NCBI GenBank assembly: GCA_964407765.1
Contig: CAYOWU010000004.1
Coordinates: 28,727 to 92,726, forward strand
Length of the DNA stretch: 64,000 nt
Direction: 5' to 3'
DNA from: an uncultured Lachnospiraceae bacterium
GTDB lineage: Bacteria; Bacillota; Clostridia; Lachnospirales; Lachnospiraceae
The stretch's first letter is position 1. Each line of letters opens with the position of its first letter. Below are positions 36,235 through 45,059 of the stretch, piece by piece. The notes beneath the pieces are model-generated. The model saw nothing but the letters and a program-made list of their open reading frames with translations. It was not told where the DNA came from and searched no databases. The translations under genes and the position numbers were made by a program.

Positions 36235-36696
36235 ATGAAGCTGGACAGGCACAAAAAGATTTTGGATTTAATCCGTGAATTTGAGATTGAGACGCAGGGG
36301 GAACTGGCTGACCGGCTTCAAAAGGCCGGTTATGCGGTTACCCAGTCCACCATATCCAGGGACATTCGGGAGCTGAATCTGAAAAAGGCGGTGAACGGCC
36401 AGGGGAAATTTATCTATATAGCGCACAAAACCCAGGAAGGCGAACCCATGGAGCGGTACGCCAGGGTTTTAAAGGATGCCTTCGTATCCATGGACGCAGC
36501 TCAGAATATCCTGGTTATACGCACCGTGCCGGGCATGGCCATGGCTGCGGCCGCGGCTTTGGACGAGCTGAACTGGGAGGAGCTTTTGGGCTGCATTGCC
36601 GGAGACGACACAATTATGTGCGTGATGAGAAGCGAAGGGCATGGCCGGACCGTGATGAGTCGGCTGCGGGACGTTTTGGAGAAAATGGAGGCGTAA
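36235..36696 (+). CDS. argR: Arginine repressor
   Basis: VTQSTISRDIREL and GCIAGDDTI motifs; start chosen at ATG 36235. Confidence 0.95.
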   Translation: MKLDRHKKILDLIREFEIETQGELADRLQKAGYAVTQSTISRDIRELNLKKAVNGQGKFIYIAHKTQEGEPMERYARVLKDAFVSMDAAQNILVIRTVPGMAMAAAAALDELNWEELLGCIAGDDTIMCVMRSEGHGRTVMSRLRDVLEKMEA

Positions 36697-36706
36697 AACA
36701 AAAAAG

Positions 36707-38398
36707 ATGCTGATAAATTTACATGTGAAGAATCTGGCTCTGATTCGGGAAGAGGAAGTGGAGTTTCAGCCGGGCTTAAATATCCTCACCGGGGAGACCG
36801 GCGCGGGAAAATCAATTTTGCTGGGTTCCATTCAGCTGGCCCTGGGTGGGAAAATGTCCCGGGAAATGATAAGGGAAGACGCGGATTACGCTCTGGTGGA
36901 GCTGACATTCCAGGTGGAGGATCCCAGAATCCGGCGGGAACTGGAATCCATGGGCATTTACCCGGAGGACGGCCAGGTGTGGATGTCCCGGCGGATGGCC
37001 GGAAAGCGGAGCGTAAATCGCATCAACGGGGAGACCTGCACCGCCGCCCAGATGCGCGCGGCAGGAGCCCTGCTTCTGGACATTCACGGGCAGCATGAGC
37101 ACCAGTCCCTTTTAAACAGAAAGCGGCAGTTGGACATTTTGGACGAATACGGCAAGGAGAAAATCGCTCCTATAAAAGAGCAGACAGCCGCCGCGTTTCA
37201 CGCTTACCAGAAACTGTATAAGCAGCTTTATGGGGACCAGCTGGACGAAGAGCAGCGAAAGCGGGAGATTTCCTTTCTGGAATTTGAAATCCGGGAGCTT
37301 AAGGAGGCCGCCCTGCAGCCGGGGGAGGATGAAGAGCTGGAAAAACAGTACCGGAAGCTGAGCAACGGGAAGCAGATTCTGGAGACGCTGAACCAGGCGC
37401 ACCGTCTCACCGGATACGACGACGCCGGCGGCGCGGGCGACCAGATCGGCGCAGCGCTGCAGCTCCTTGGCGGCATTTCGGATCTGGACGAGGAGCTGGC
37501 TCCTCTGGAGGAAACGCTGACCGACTTAGACGGTGTGCTCAACGACTTCAACCGGGAATTGTCCGATTATTTATCCGAATGGGAGTTCGACGAAGAGGAA
37601 TACCGCCAGATGGAGCAGCGTCTGGACTTAATCAACCATTTAAAGTCAAAATATGGAAAAACCGTGGAAGCTATCCAGAACTACCAGAAAAAGCAGGAAC
37701 AGCGTCTGCAAAAACTTTTATCCTACGAAGAATATAAACAGGAATTAGAACAGAAACTAGAAAAACAAAAACAAAAATTAGAGCGGCAGTGCCGGATTCT
37801 GACCAAATGCCGGATGGAATACGCTGGGCGGCTAAAAAAGCAGGTGGAAAAGCAGCTTACGGATCTGAATTTTCTGCACGTGGATTTTGACATCGAATTT
37901 ACCCGGCAAAACTATACGGCCGGCGGCGCGGATCAGGTGGAATTTATGATTTCCACCAATCCCGGCGAGCCGAAAAAGCCTTTCGGCAAAGTGGTGTCCG
38001 GCGGCGAGCTTTCCAGGATTATGCTGGCCATTAAGACGCTTCTGGCCGACAAGGATCAGATTGAGACGCTGATTTTTGACGAAATCGACACGGGAATCAG
38101 CGGCCGGACGGCGCAGAAGGTTTCGGAGAAAATGGCCTTAATCGGCGCAAAACGCCAGGTCATCTGCATCACCCACCTGCCCCAGATTGCGTCCATGGCG
38201 GACGCCCATTTTTCCATAGAAAAAAAACAGCAGGACGCGGACACATTCACGTCCATCCGCCTGCTTGAAAGGGAAGATTCGGTGAAAGAGCTGGCCCGGA
38301 TTTTGGGCGGCGCACAGATTACCCAGAGAGTTTTGGAGAGCGCCCGGGAAATGAAAGATTTGGCAGACCAGCAAAAAACTTCAAGACTGAAATCATAA
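36707..38398 (+). CDS. recN: DNA repair protein RecN
   Basis: LTGETGAGKS Walker A, SGGELSRIML signature, LIFDEIDTGISG and ITHLPQIA motifs. Confidence 0.97.
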   Translation: MLINLHVKNLALIREEEVEFQPGLNILTGETGAGKSILLGSIQLALGGKMSREMIREDADYALVELTFQVEDPRIRRELESMGIYPEDGQVWMSRRMAGKRSVNRINGETCTAAQMRAAGALLLDIHGQHEHQSLLNRKRQLDILDEYGKEKIAPIKEQTAAAFHAYQKLYKQLYGDQLDEEQRKREISFLEFEIRELKEAALQPGEDEELEKQYRKLSNGKQILETLNQAHRLTGYDDAGGAGDQIGAALQLLGGISDLDEELAPLEETLTDLDGVLNDFNRELSDYLSEWEFDEEEYRQMEQRLDLINHLKSKYGKTVEAIQNYQKKQEQRLQKLLSYEEYKQELEQKLEKQKQKLERQCRILTKCRMEYAGRLKKQVEKQLTDLNFLHVDFDIEFTRQNYTAGGADQVEFMISTNPGEPKKPFGKVVSGGELSRIMLAIKTLLADKDQIETLIFDEIDTGISGRTAQKVSEKMALIGAKRQVICITHLPQIASMADAHFSIEKKQQDADTFTSIRLLEREDSVKELARILGGAQITQRVLESAREMKDLADQQKTSRLKS

Positions 38399-38412
38399 TA
38401 TTATCGCATACT

Positions 38413-38446
38413 AAGAGAGTGTACATCAGGTTGTGCACTCTTTTTT
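38413..38446 (+). terminator. Terminator after recN
   Basis: AGAGTGTACA / TGTGCACTCT stem followed by a T-run. Confidence 0.65.
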
Positions 38447-38471
38447 TCGACTTTTGTTTTGAAGAAGGGAT

Positions 38472-39704
38472 GTGTGTGATAAGTTGAGCCGGAAAAGCAA
38501 ATATAGAAAACTGTTGTGGACGCTGGTAATCATAAGCGCGGCGCTTTTTACCTGTATGGGGTATTGCGAAGTCCGGGACTGGCTGCCGGACCAGGTGAGC
38601 ATCGTGGAAGGGGACGAAGAGGATTTTTTTGAGCAGATGGAAAAGCCTTGGATTACGCTGGATGACGCCATACCGGCGTCCGGGCAGGAAAGCTTCACTC
38701 TGCACTGCAGCCTGTTCGGCGCCATACCCTTAAAGCAGATCAAAGTCCAAGTGGTGGAACCCACGGATATCTACGTGAGCGGCGCCACCGTGGGCGTGTA
38801 TATGGAGACACAGGGCGTGCTGATCATTGATAGCGGGGAAATCACCGGGGAGGACGGCCTTCGGTACGAACCTGCCAGGAATCTGGTGCAGCCCGGCGAT
38901 TATATTGTGGCCATGAACCAGGAGCGGGTGGGCAACAAGCGGGAGCTGATTCACAAGATCCGAACCTGCCAGGGAAATTCCGTGGAGCTGTCGCTTCTGC
39001 GCCGGGGGGAGGAAATCCAGATGGCGCTGGACCCGATCGTGGACGAGGAGGGCGATTACAAGCTGGGCATCTGGGTGAGGGACAACACCCAGGGCATCGG
39101 AACCCTCACCTATATGGACCAGGACGGAAACTTCGGCGCGCTGGGACACGGCATCAGCGACGTGGATACCGGGGAGCTGATGCAGATCCGAAACGGCGAC
39201 CTGTACCGGGCGCAGGTGATGGGCATCCATAAAGGAACCAAGGGCAGCCCCGGCGAGCTGTCCGGACTCATACGCTACGACCGCTCCAACATCATCGGCT
39301 CCATCGCCAAAAACGGGGAAAACGGCATTTACGGAAAGCTGGATCCCCAATGCGCCCAGAACCTGACGCTTACGCCCATGGAGGTGGGATATAAGCAGGA
39401 AATGAAGCTGGGGCCGGCCAGCATCCTGTGCAGCGTGGACGGAAAAGTGGAGGAATATCAGGTAGAGATTGCCAGCATTGATTTAAATCATCCGGACACA
39501 AACAAAAGTTTTGTGTTAAAAGTGACGGATCAGAGGCTGCTGGAGAAGACCGGGGGGATCGTCCAGGGCATGAGCGGCAGTCCGGTTCTCCAGACCGGGA
39601 AAGTTGTGGGCGCGGTAACCCATGTATTTGTGCAGGACTCGACGGGCGGATACGGGATTTTTATTGAGAATATGCTGAAAAACAATAGAGATCCGGCAAT
39701 GTAA
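38472..39704 (+). CDS. spoIVB: SpoIVB serine peptidase (PDZ plus S55)
   Basis: LGIWVRDNTQGIGTLTY, GALGHGISDVDTG and GGIVQGMSGSPVLQ motifs. Confidence 0.96.
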   Translation: MCDKLSRKSKYRKLLWTLVIISAALFTCMGYCEVRDWLPDQVSIVEGDEEDFFEQMEKPWITLDDAIPASGQESFTLHCSLFGAIPLKQIKVQVVEPTDIYVSGATVGVYMETQGVLIIDSGEITGEDGLRYEPARNLVQPGDYIVAMNQERVGNKRELIHKIRTCQGNSVELSLLRRGEEIQMALDPIVDEEGDYKLGIWVRDNTQGIGTLTYMDQDGNFGALGHGISDVDTGELMQIRNGDLYRAQVMGIHKGTKGSPGELSGLIRYDRSNIIGSIAKNGENGIYGKLDPQCAQNLTLTPMEVGYKQEMKLGPASILCSVDGKVEEYQVEIASIDLNHPDTNKSFVLKVTDQRLLEKTGGIVQGMSGSPVLQTGKVVGAVTHVFVQDSTGGYGIFIENMLKNNRDPAM

Positions 39705-39715
39705 GGCGAATATAT

Positions 39716-39722
39716 TGTCGAA
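39716..39722 (+). promoter_or_regulatory. Spo0A box upstream of spo0A
   Basis: Perfect TGTCGAA (TGNCGAA consensus) in the spoIVB-spo0A gap. Confidence 0.6.
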
Positions 39723-39880
39723 AAATGTAAAACGAAAATAAGGCATTTCGGGGACTTTGCTGTTGATTGTCGGGATTAATTCAGTCATAATGAATTTATG
39801 TGCAGAAGCCATCGAGAAAAAGGCGGGGCTGGATCGCTTCTGGACGACGGAAACAAGAGAAGCAGGAGGAGGAGTGTCTT

Positions 39881-40705
39881 ATGGAAAAATTGAATATTGC
39901 GATTGCCGATGATAACGAGAAGATGGTGGAAATACTGGAAAAAATGATCGACGAGGACAAGGATCTTCAGCTGGTCGGAAAAGCGTACAATGGAGAAGAT
40001 ATCTGTAATATCATCCGGGAGAAACAGCCGGATGTGGTGGTGCTGGATATTATTATGCCGAAGGTGGATGGGCTGTCCGTGATGGATCGGATCATCCATG
40101 ATAAAGAAATGAAAAAACAGCCGTCTTTTATTATTTTGTCTGCAGTGGGACAAGAGCGGATTACGGAAGACGCGTTCAACCTGGGCGCAGATTACTACAT
40201 GCTCAAGCCTTTTGACAACGGGCTTTTGCTGGACCGCATCAAACATGTGAGACAGGCGGCGCAGCGGCGAGGCAAAGAAGTACAGAAGATCAATGCGTAC
40301 GAGAGTTCCAGCCACTATATGGAGCGGAATCTGGAAAGCGACGTGACGCATATCATCCATGAGATTGGCGTTCCAGCGCATATCAAAGGATACCAGTATC
40401 TGCGCGACGCCATTATTTTATCGGTAAATGACCAAGAGATGCTCAATTCCATAACGAAAATTTTGTACCCCACCATTGCCAAAAGGCATCAGACCACGCC
40501 CAGCAGAGTGGAGCGAGCCATCCGTCATGCCATCGAGGTGGCCTGGAGCCGGGGGAAAATGGATACGATAGATGAATTATTCGGATATACCGTCAACAAT
40601 GGAAAAGGAAAACCCACAAATTCTGAATTCATAGCCTTGATTGCGGATAAAATAAGACTGGAATATAAAAATCAGACTTTCCATAGTGTGGAAAGTAGGA
40701 TATAA
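39881..40705 (+). CDS. spo0A: Sporulation master regulator Spo0A
   Basis: REC domain plus [16 protein letters not shown]...[18 protein letters not shown]...KPTNSEFIA. Confidence 0.98.
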   Translation: MEKLNIAIADDNEKMVEILEKMIDEDKDLQLVGKAYNGEDICNIIREKQPDVVVLDIIMPKVDGLSVMDRIIHDKEMKKQPSFIILSAVGQERITEDAFNLGADYYMLKPFDNGLLLDRIKHVRQAAQRRGKEVQKINAYESSSHYMERNLESDVTHIIHEIGVPAHIKGYQYLRDAIILSVNDQEMLNSITKILYPTIAKRHQTTPSRVERAIRHAIEVAWSRGKMDTIDELFGYTVNNGKGKPTNSEFIALIADKIRLEYKNQTFHSVESRI

Positions 40706-40747
40706 TAGGAACGAGAAATAATTTCGTTTTGCTAAGGAGGATATGGG

Positions 40748-42193
40748 ATGAAGAATATATTGTTTGCCACGTCAGAAGCCGTACCGTTTATTAAGACAGG
40801 AGGACTGGCGGACGTAGCGGGAGCGTTGCCCAGATGTTTTGACAAGCGTTATTTTGACATAAGGGTGATTCTGCCGAAATACATGTGCATTCCAGAAGAA
40901 TGGAAATCGAAGATGGAGTATATCACCAATTTCTATATGGATTTGGGTTTCCGCAGCTGTTATGTGGGGATCTTCCGTATGGAATACAATGGAATAACAT
41001 TTTATTTTATTGACAATGAATATTATTTCAGCGGACCGAAGCCATATGACCAGGCCCCGTGGGATTTGGAGAAGTTCGCGTTTTTTTCAAAAGCGGTGTT
41101 ATCCGTCTTGCCGGTAATTGATTTTCGTCCCCATATCATTCACTGCCATGACTGGCAGACGGGCCTTGTGCCTGTCTATCTGCATGACACTTTCCAGCAG
41201 GGAGAATTTTTCCGCGGCATCAAGACAATCATGACCATACATAATCTGAAATTTCAGGGAGTGTGGGATGTGTCTACCGTAAAAAGCATTACGGGACTGC
41301 CAAAGTACTATTTCACGGCGGATAAATTAGAAGCGTACAAAGACGCCAACTATTTGAAAGGGGGAATTGTATACGCCGATGCCATTACAACCGTGAGCAA
41401 CACCTATGCGGAGGAGATCAAGATGCCCTTCTACGGGGAAGGGCTGGATGGGCTTTTGCGCGCCAGGACCAACAGTCTGCGGGGAATCGTCAACGGCATT
41501 GACTACGACGAATACAACCCGGAGACGGATTGCCACATTGTGAAAAACTACAACGCCAAGACTTTCCGCAAGGAGAAAATAAAGAACAAGATCGCGCTGC
41601 AGCGTGAGCTGGGACTGGAAGAAGATCCCAGGAAGATGATGATTGGCATCGTCTCCCGCCTCACCGACCAGAAAGGGTTCGATCTAATTGCCTATATTAT
41701 GGATGAACTGTGCCAGGACGCCATTCAGCTGGTGGTTCTGGGCACCGGAGAGGAACGCTACGAAAATATGTTTCGCCATTTTGACTGGAAATACAGAGGG
41801 AAGGTTTCCGCCAATATTTACTATTCGGAGCCTATGTCCCATAAAACTTACGCGGCCTGCGACGCATTTCTGATGCCGTCCCTCTTTGAGCCCTGCGGGC
41901 TTAGCCAGCTGATGAGCCTGCGGTACGGAACGGTGCCCATTGTGCGGGAGACGGGCGGCTTAAAGGACACGGTGGAGCCCTACAACGAGTACGAGAGCAA
42001 AGGCACAGGCTTTAGCTTCACCAACTACAACGCCCATGAAATGCTGGGCGTGATCCGGAACGCGGAGAGGATTTACTATGATAAGAAGCGGGAGTGGAAC
42101 AAGATTGTGGATCGGGGGATGGCCATGGACTTCTCCTGGAACAGTTCGGCCCGTCAATATGAGGAAATGTATAATTGGCTGATTGGTGAATAA
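40748..42193 (+). CDS. glgA: Glycogen synthase
   Basis: KTGGLADV, HCHDWQTG, SRLTDQKG and MPSLFEPCGLSQL motifs. Confidence 0.97.
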   Translation: MKNILFATSEAVPFIKTGGLADVAGALPRCFDKRYFDIRVILPKYMCIPEEWKSKMEYITNFYMDLGFRSCYVGIFRMEYNGITFYFIDNEYYFSGPKPYDQAPWDLEKFAFFSKAVLSVLPVIDFRPHIIHCHDWQTGLVPVYLHDTFQQGEFFRGIKTIMTIHNLKFQGVWDVSTVKSITGLPKYYFTADKLEAYKDANYLKGGIVYADAITTVSNTYAEEIKMPFYGEGLDGLLRARTNSLRGIVNGIDYDEYNPETDCHIVKNYNAKTFRKEKIKNKIALQRELGLEEDPRKMMIGIVSRLTDQKGFDLIAYIMDELCQDAIQLVVLGTGEERYENMFRHFDWKYRGKVSANIYYSEPMSHKTYAACDAFLMPSLFEPCGLSQLMSLRYGTVPIVRETGGLKDTVEPYNEYESKGTGFSFTNYNAHEMLGVIRNAERIYYDKKREWNKIVDRGMAMDFSWNSSARQYEEMYNWLIGE

Positions 42194-42247
42194 AATCCAT
42201 AAAGCGTGGCACACTAACAGGGCAAATAAAAAGTCAGGAGGTGTACC

Positions 42248-42433
42248 ATGACAAACATCACAGAACTGGATTTACAGAATCTGCGCCACTTAATCGGCGG
42301 ATTTGAGGTCACACATTGTAAAATGCAGGGCTACGCGGAACAGGCGCAGGACCCGCAGATTAAGCAGTATTTTCAGAAATCCGCGCAGTCAGCCATGCAG
42401 AGCAAACAGCAGCTTATGCAGTTCTTACAGTAG
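42248..42433 (+). CDS. Small spore-coat-type protein
   Basis: 61 aa, ELDLQNLRHLIG...YAEQAQDPQIKQYF ferritin-like coat motif; AGGAGG RBS. Confidence 0.7.
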   Translation: MTNITELDLQNLRHLIGGFEVTHCKMQGYAEQAQDPQIKQYFQKSAQSAMQSKQQLMQFLQ

Positions 42434-42445
42434 GAGGGATCGGAC

Positions 42446-42706
42446 ATGTTAGATGAAAAGACCATGGTAGCAGACACTTTGACGGCGGTTAACGGTGAGC
42501 TGCTTCGCTATTCGGAAATGATCACGCAGACGGGAAATCCCCAGCTGAAACAGACCTTAAAGCAGATCCGCAATCAGTGCGAAATGTCCCAGGAAGAGAT
42601 TTACAACATCGCTAGGGAGAGACAGTATTATGTGCCGGCGGCGGAAGCCAAGGCCGACGAGATCAGTCATGTGCGCTCCATCCTGACGCAGCAGCCAATG
42701 TCATAA
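42446..42706 (+). CDS. Coat F-domain spore coat protein
   Basis: 86 aa, YSEMITQTGNPQLKQTLKQIRNQCEMSQEEIYNIA...YYVPA CotF-like pattern. Confidence 0.75.
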   Translation: MLDEKTMVADTLTAVNGELLRYSEMITQTGNPQLKQTLKQIRNQCEMSQEEIYNIARERQYYVPAAEAKADEISHVRSILTQQPMS

Positions 42707-42720
42707 GATTAAGAAGTGAG

Positions 42721-42745
42721 CCTGCCCTGCATTTTGTGGGGCAGG
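42721..42745 (+). terminator. Hairpin after the coat genes
   Basis: CCTGCCCTGCA / TGTGGGGCAGG; weak tail. Confidence 0.45.
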
Positions 42746-42776
42746 CCAAAATAAATGAAGAAAGGAAAAAAATATT

Positions 42777-43199
42777 ATGATTAATCAGATCGCGGTGGTG
42801 GTAAAAAATAAACCGGGGAGCCTGCGGCAGATCACCAGCCTTCTGGCCAAAAACCAGATCAACTGCCTGTGCATTTCCACTTACGACGCGCCCGATTTCG
42901 GTATCCTGCGCATGATCGTGGACGACTTCGACAAATGCTACAGGATCCTGGAGGAGAACGGACAGCTTGTGATGAAAGACCGGGTGATTGCCATTCCCAT
43001 GAAGGACGAAGCCGGCGTGATGGATCGCATTTTAGGGGATCTTGAGGAGGCCAATATCAGCATCGACTGTATGTATTCCTATATCAGCAGCCAGCTCAAA
43101 TCGGCGGCGTTGATTTTTCGGGCCGAGGATATCGAAGAGACGGAGAGCGTTCTGGCCAAGAAAGGACACACGGTGATCCAAAGTGTGGCAGAGCTGTAA
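42777..43199 (+). CDS. Tandem ACT-domain protein
   Basis: QIAVVVKNKPGSLRQITSLL...DFGILRMIV and a second ACT repeat. Confidence 0.85.
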   Translation: MINQIAVVVKNKPGSLRQITSLLAKNQINCLCISTYDAPDFGILRMIVDDFDKCYRILEENGQLVMKDRVIAIPMKDEAGVMDRILGDLEEANISIDCMYSYISSQLKSAALIFRAEDIEETESVLAKKGHTVIQSVAEL

Positions 43200-44714
43200 A
43201 TGAAAGAGCGAAAAAGGAGCGTGTGCATGAACATTCACTCTATACGGTTTACCTTTGCCTGTTTTTTGTATATGTACATAGGCGTGGCTCTCTTTTTGCT
43301 GGGCTGGGTTCGGATCTGGCAGTGCGTTCCCGCGCTGGCCCTTCTGGCGTTTGCTTTGTGGGAATACTGGAAGAAGCTGCAAAACGAGGGCGCGAAAAAG
43401 ACCCTTTACGTCCATCCGGCCATGCTGGCGGCGGCGGGGATTTTCTGCCTGCTCTTGTGTCTGCTGGCGGGGCAGGGAGCCTTCTTTTTCCAGTCGGGGG
43501 ACTGGGACAAGCACAACCGGGTCTTAAGCGACTTGGTCAACAATTCCTGGCCGGTCTGCTACTGGAACGACGAAGGCGAGGCTATGCTTACATATTATAT
43601 CGCCCAGTATCTGCCGCCGGCTTTGATTGGGAAAATATCGCACAGCTTCCGGGCGGCGGAGATTTCTCTGCTGTTTTTTAACGCGCTGGGGCTTTTGGGG
43701 GTTGTGCTGCTTTTGTTTCGGGGCGTAAAGGCGGATACGGCAAAAAAGCAGGCGTTTGCCCTTCTGGCGTTCGCCTTTTTCGGCACATGCCTGTTCCTGG
43801 CAAAAGCGCTGTATGGCGCCACGGGTCTCGGGGAAGGGGATGTGTCCGAAATGCGGGACTGGATCAGCAATTCCATTCAGCTGCAGTACCGGACCTTATT
43901 TGTGTGTCTTCGCTGGGCCTTTCCCCAGGCCATCGTCCCTTGGATGGCAACGCTTCTTTTTGAGGAAAATTACCGGAATACGGGGCTGTACTGCCTGATT
44001 GGCGCGCCGCTTCTTCTGCACGCCACGTTTCCTTTTCTGGGGCTGGCGTTCTTGATGGCGGGAGTGGTTGCGCACCAGGTTTTTTTCAGAGGGGATTTCA
44101 AAAAGCTGCTGAAAGAGGCGTGCAGCCGCTCCAATATAGCCGTGGCCCTGGTTTTTTTGATTCCGCTTTCGTATATTTTGGGGAATGCCCTGCAGGAAAA
44201 AGTGGAAGAGGTGGGATTTTCCTATGTGAACTACGGAAGAAACACAGCGGTGTATTTTTGCTTTGCGGCCGCGTTTTTGGTGTATTCGGCGGCCATTTAC
44301 CGGAAATGCAAAAACAGCGTTTTGTTTTATTTGGTTAATATTTCCCTGCTGCTGCTTCCTTTTTTCCGCATGGGATTTTACAATGACTTCACCATGAGCG
44401 TCAGCATACCTGCGGTGCTTCTGCTGCTGTCGATGACGCTTCGGACTTTGTTTTCATACTGGAGCGCAGGAAGCGGCAGGCGAAAATATGTCCTTGCCTT
44501 GGTCTGCCTGCTGGCCATTGGGGCTATTTACCCTGCGGAGGAAATGATGGAGGTATGCAAAGAGCCAGTGGCCTGGGAGGGCGCCGGGGAGGCCAGCCTG
44601 GAGGAATGGGCCAGAAGAGACGGCACGGTGGGCGCGGCGGAGGCCTATAATTATTTCACCTATGACTATGAGAATTCTGTGTTCTGGCGTTTCTTTTCCA
44701 AACATCCGAATTAA
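43200..44714 (+). CDS. Polytopic membrane protein of unknown function, possibly GT-C-like
   Basis: About 12 TM segments with an extracytoplasmic loop GDWDKHNRVLSDLV...LTYYIAQYLP; alternative start at 43227. Confidence 0.7.
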   Translation: MKERKRSVCMNIHSIRFTFACFLYMYIGVALFLLGWVRIWQCVPALALLAFALWEYWKKLQNEGAKKTLYVHPAMLAAAGIFCLLLCLLAGQGAFFFQSGDWDKHNRVLSDLVNNSWPVCYWNDEGEAMLTYYIAQYLPPALIGKISHSFRAAEISLLFFNALGLLGVVLLLFRGVKADTAKKQAFALLAFAFFGTCLFLAKALYGATGLGEGDVSEMRDWISNSIQLQYRTLFVCLRWAFPQAIVPWMATLLFEENYRNTGLYCLIGAPLLLHATFPFLGLAFLMAGVVAHQVFFRGDFKKLLKEACSRSNIAVALVFLIPLSYILGNALQEKVEEVGFSYVNYGRNTAVYFCFAAAFLVYSAAIYRKCKNSVLFYLVNISLLLLPFFRMGFYNDFTMSVSIPAVLLLLSMTLRTLFSYWSAGSGRRKYVLALVCLLAIGAIYPAEEMMEVCKEPVAWEGAGEASLEEWARRDGTVGAAEAYNYFTYDYENSVFWRFFSKHPN

Positions 44715-44791
44715 AAGGGCTTCCGACAAACGCATGAATGAACAATATATGAATTTATTACAACGCACAGCTGCCTGGCAGCGTTCCTTCA

Positions 44792-44934
44792 GTAACAGTT
44801 CAGCCTTCCGGCTTCACTGTCACAAAAATATGCACACAAACTGCAAAAAACGCAGTTTGGCGCGTGGCTGTCTCGGGATCGTCTTGCAGGTGCAAGCCGA
44901 CGCCTCGCGGGATAGCGCATGGCTGAACTGTTAC
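44792..44934. mobile_element. 143-bp MITE-like element (GTAAC family), copy 1
   Basis: TIRs GTAACAGTTCAGCC / GGCTGAACTGTTAC; perfect 8-bp flanking duplication TTCCTTCA (44784-44791 and 44935-44942); inverted near-copy at 56976-57119. Confidence 0.88.
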
Positions 44935-44963
44935 TTCCTTCATGCGTTTGTCGTCAAAAGGGC

Positions 44964-44992
44964 TTGACTTTGCATACGGCTAAAAATATAAT
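44964..44992 (+). promoter_or_regulatory. SigA-type promoter of the hybrid kinase
   Basis: TTGACT-17 bp-TATAAT. Confidence 0.75.
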
Positions 44993-45059
44993 ATGCTTAT
45001 GAACTAAGATTGTAACATGCGCAAAGTGGCCGAATGGGCGGTATGGAAAGGGGTGCAAA

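Noticed and set aside
44662-44967. 101-aa ORF ending ...KNMHTNCKKRSLARGCLGIVLQ..., and ORFs 56990-57224, 23145-23384 and 28607-28837
   Set aside because: These are read-through of the MITE or hairpin elements, not genes.
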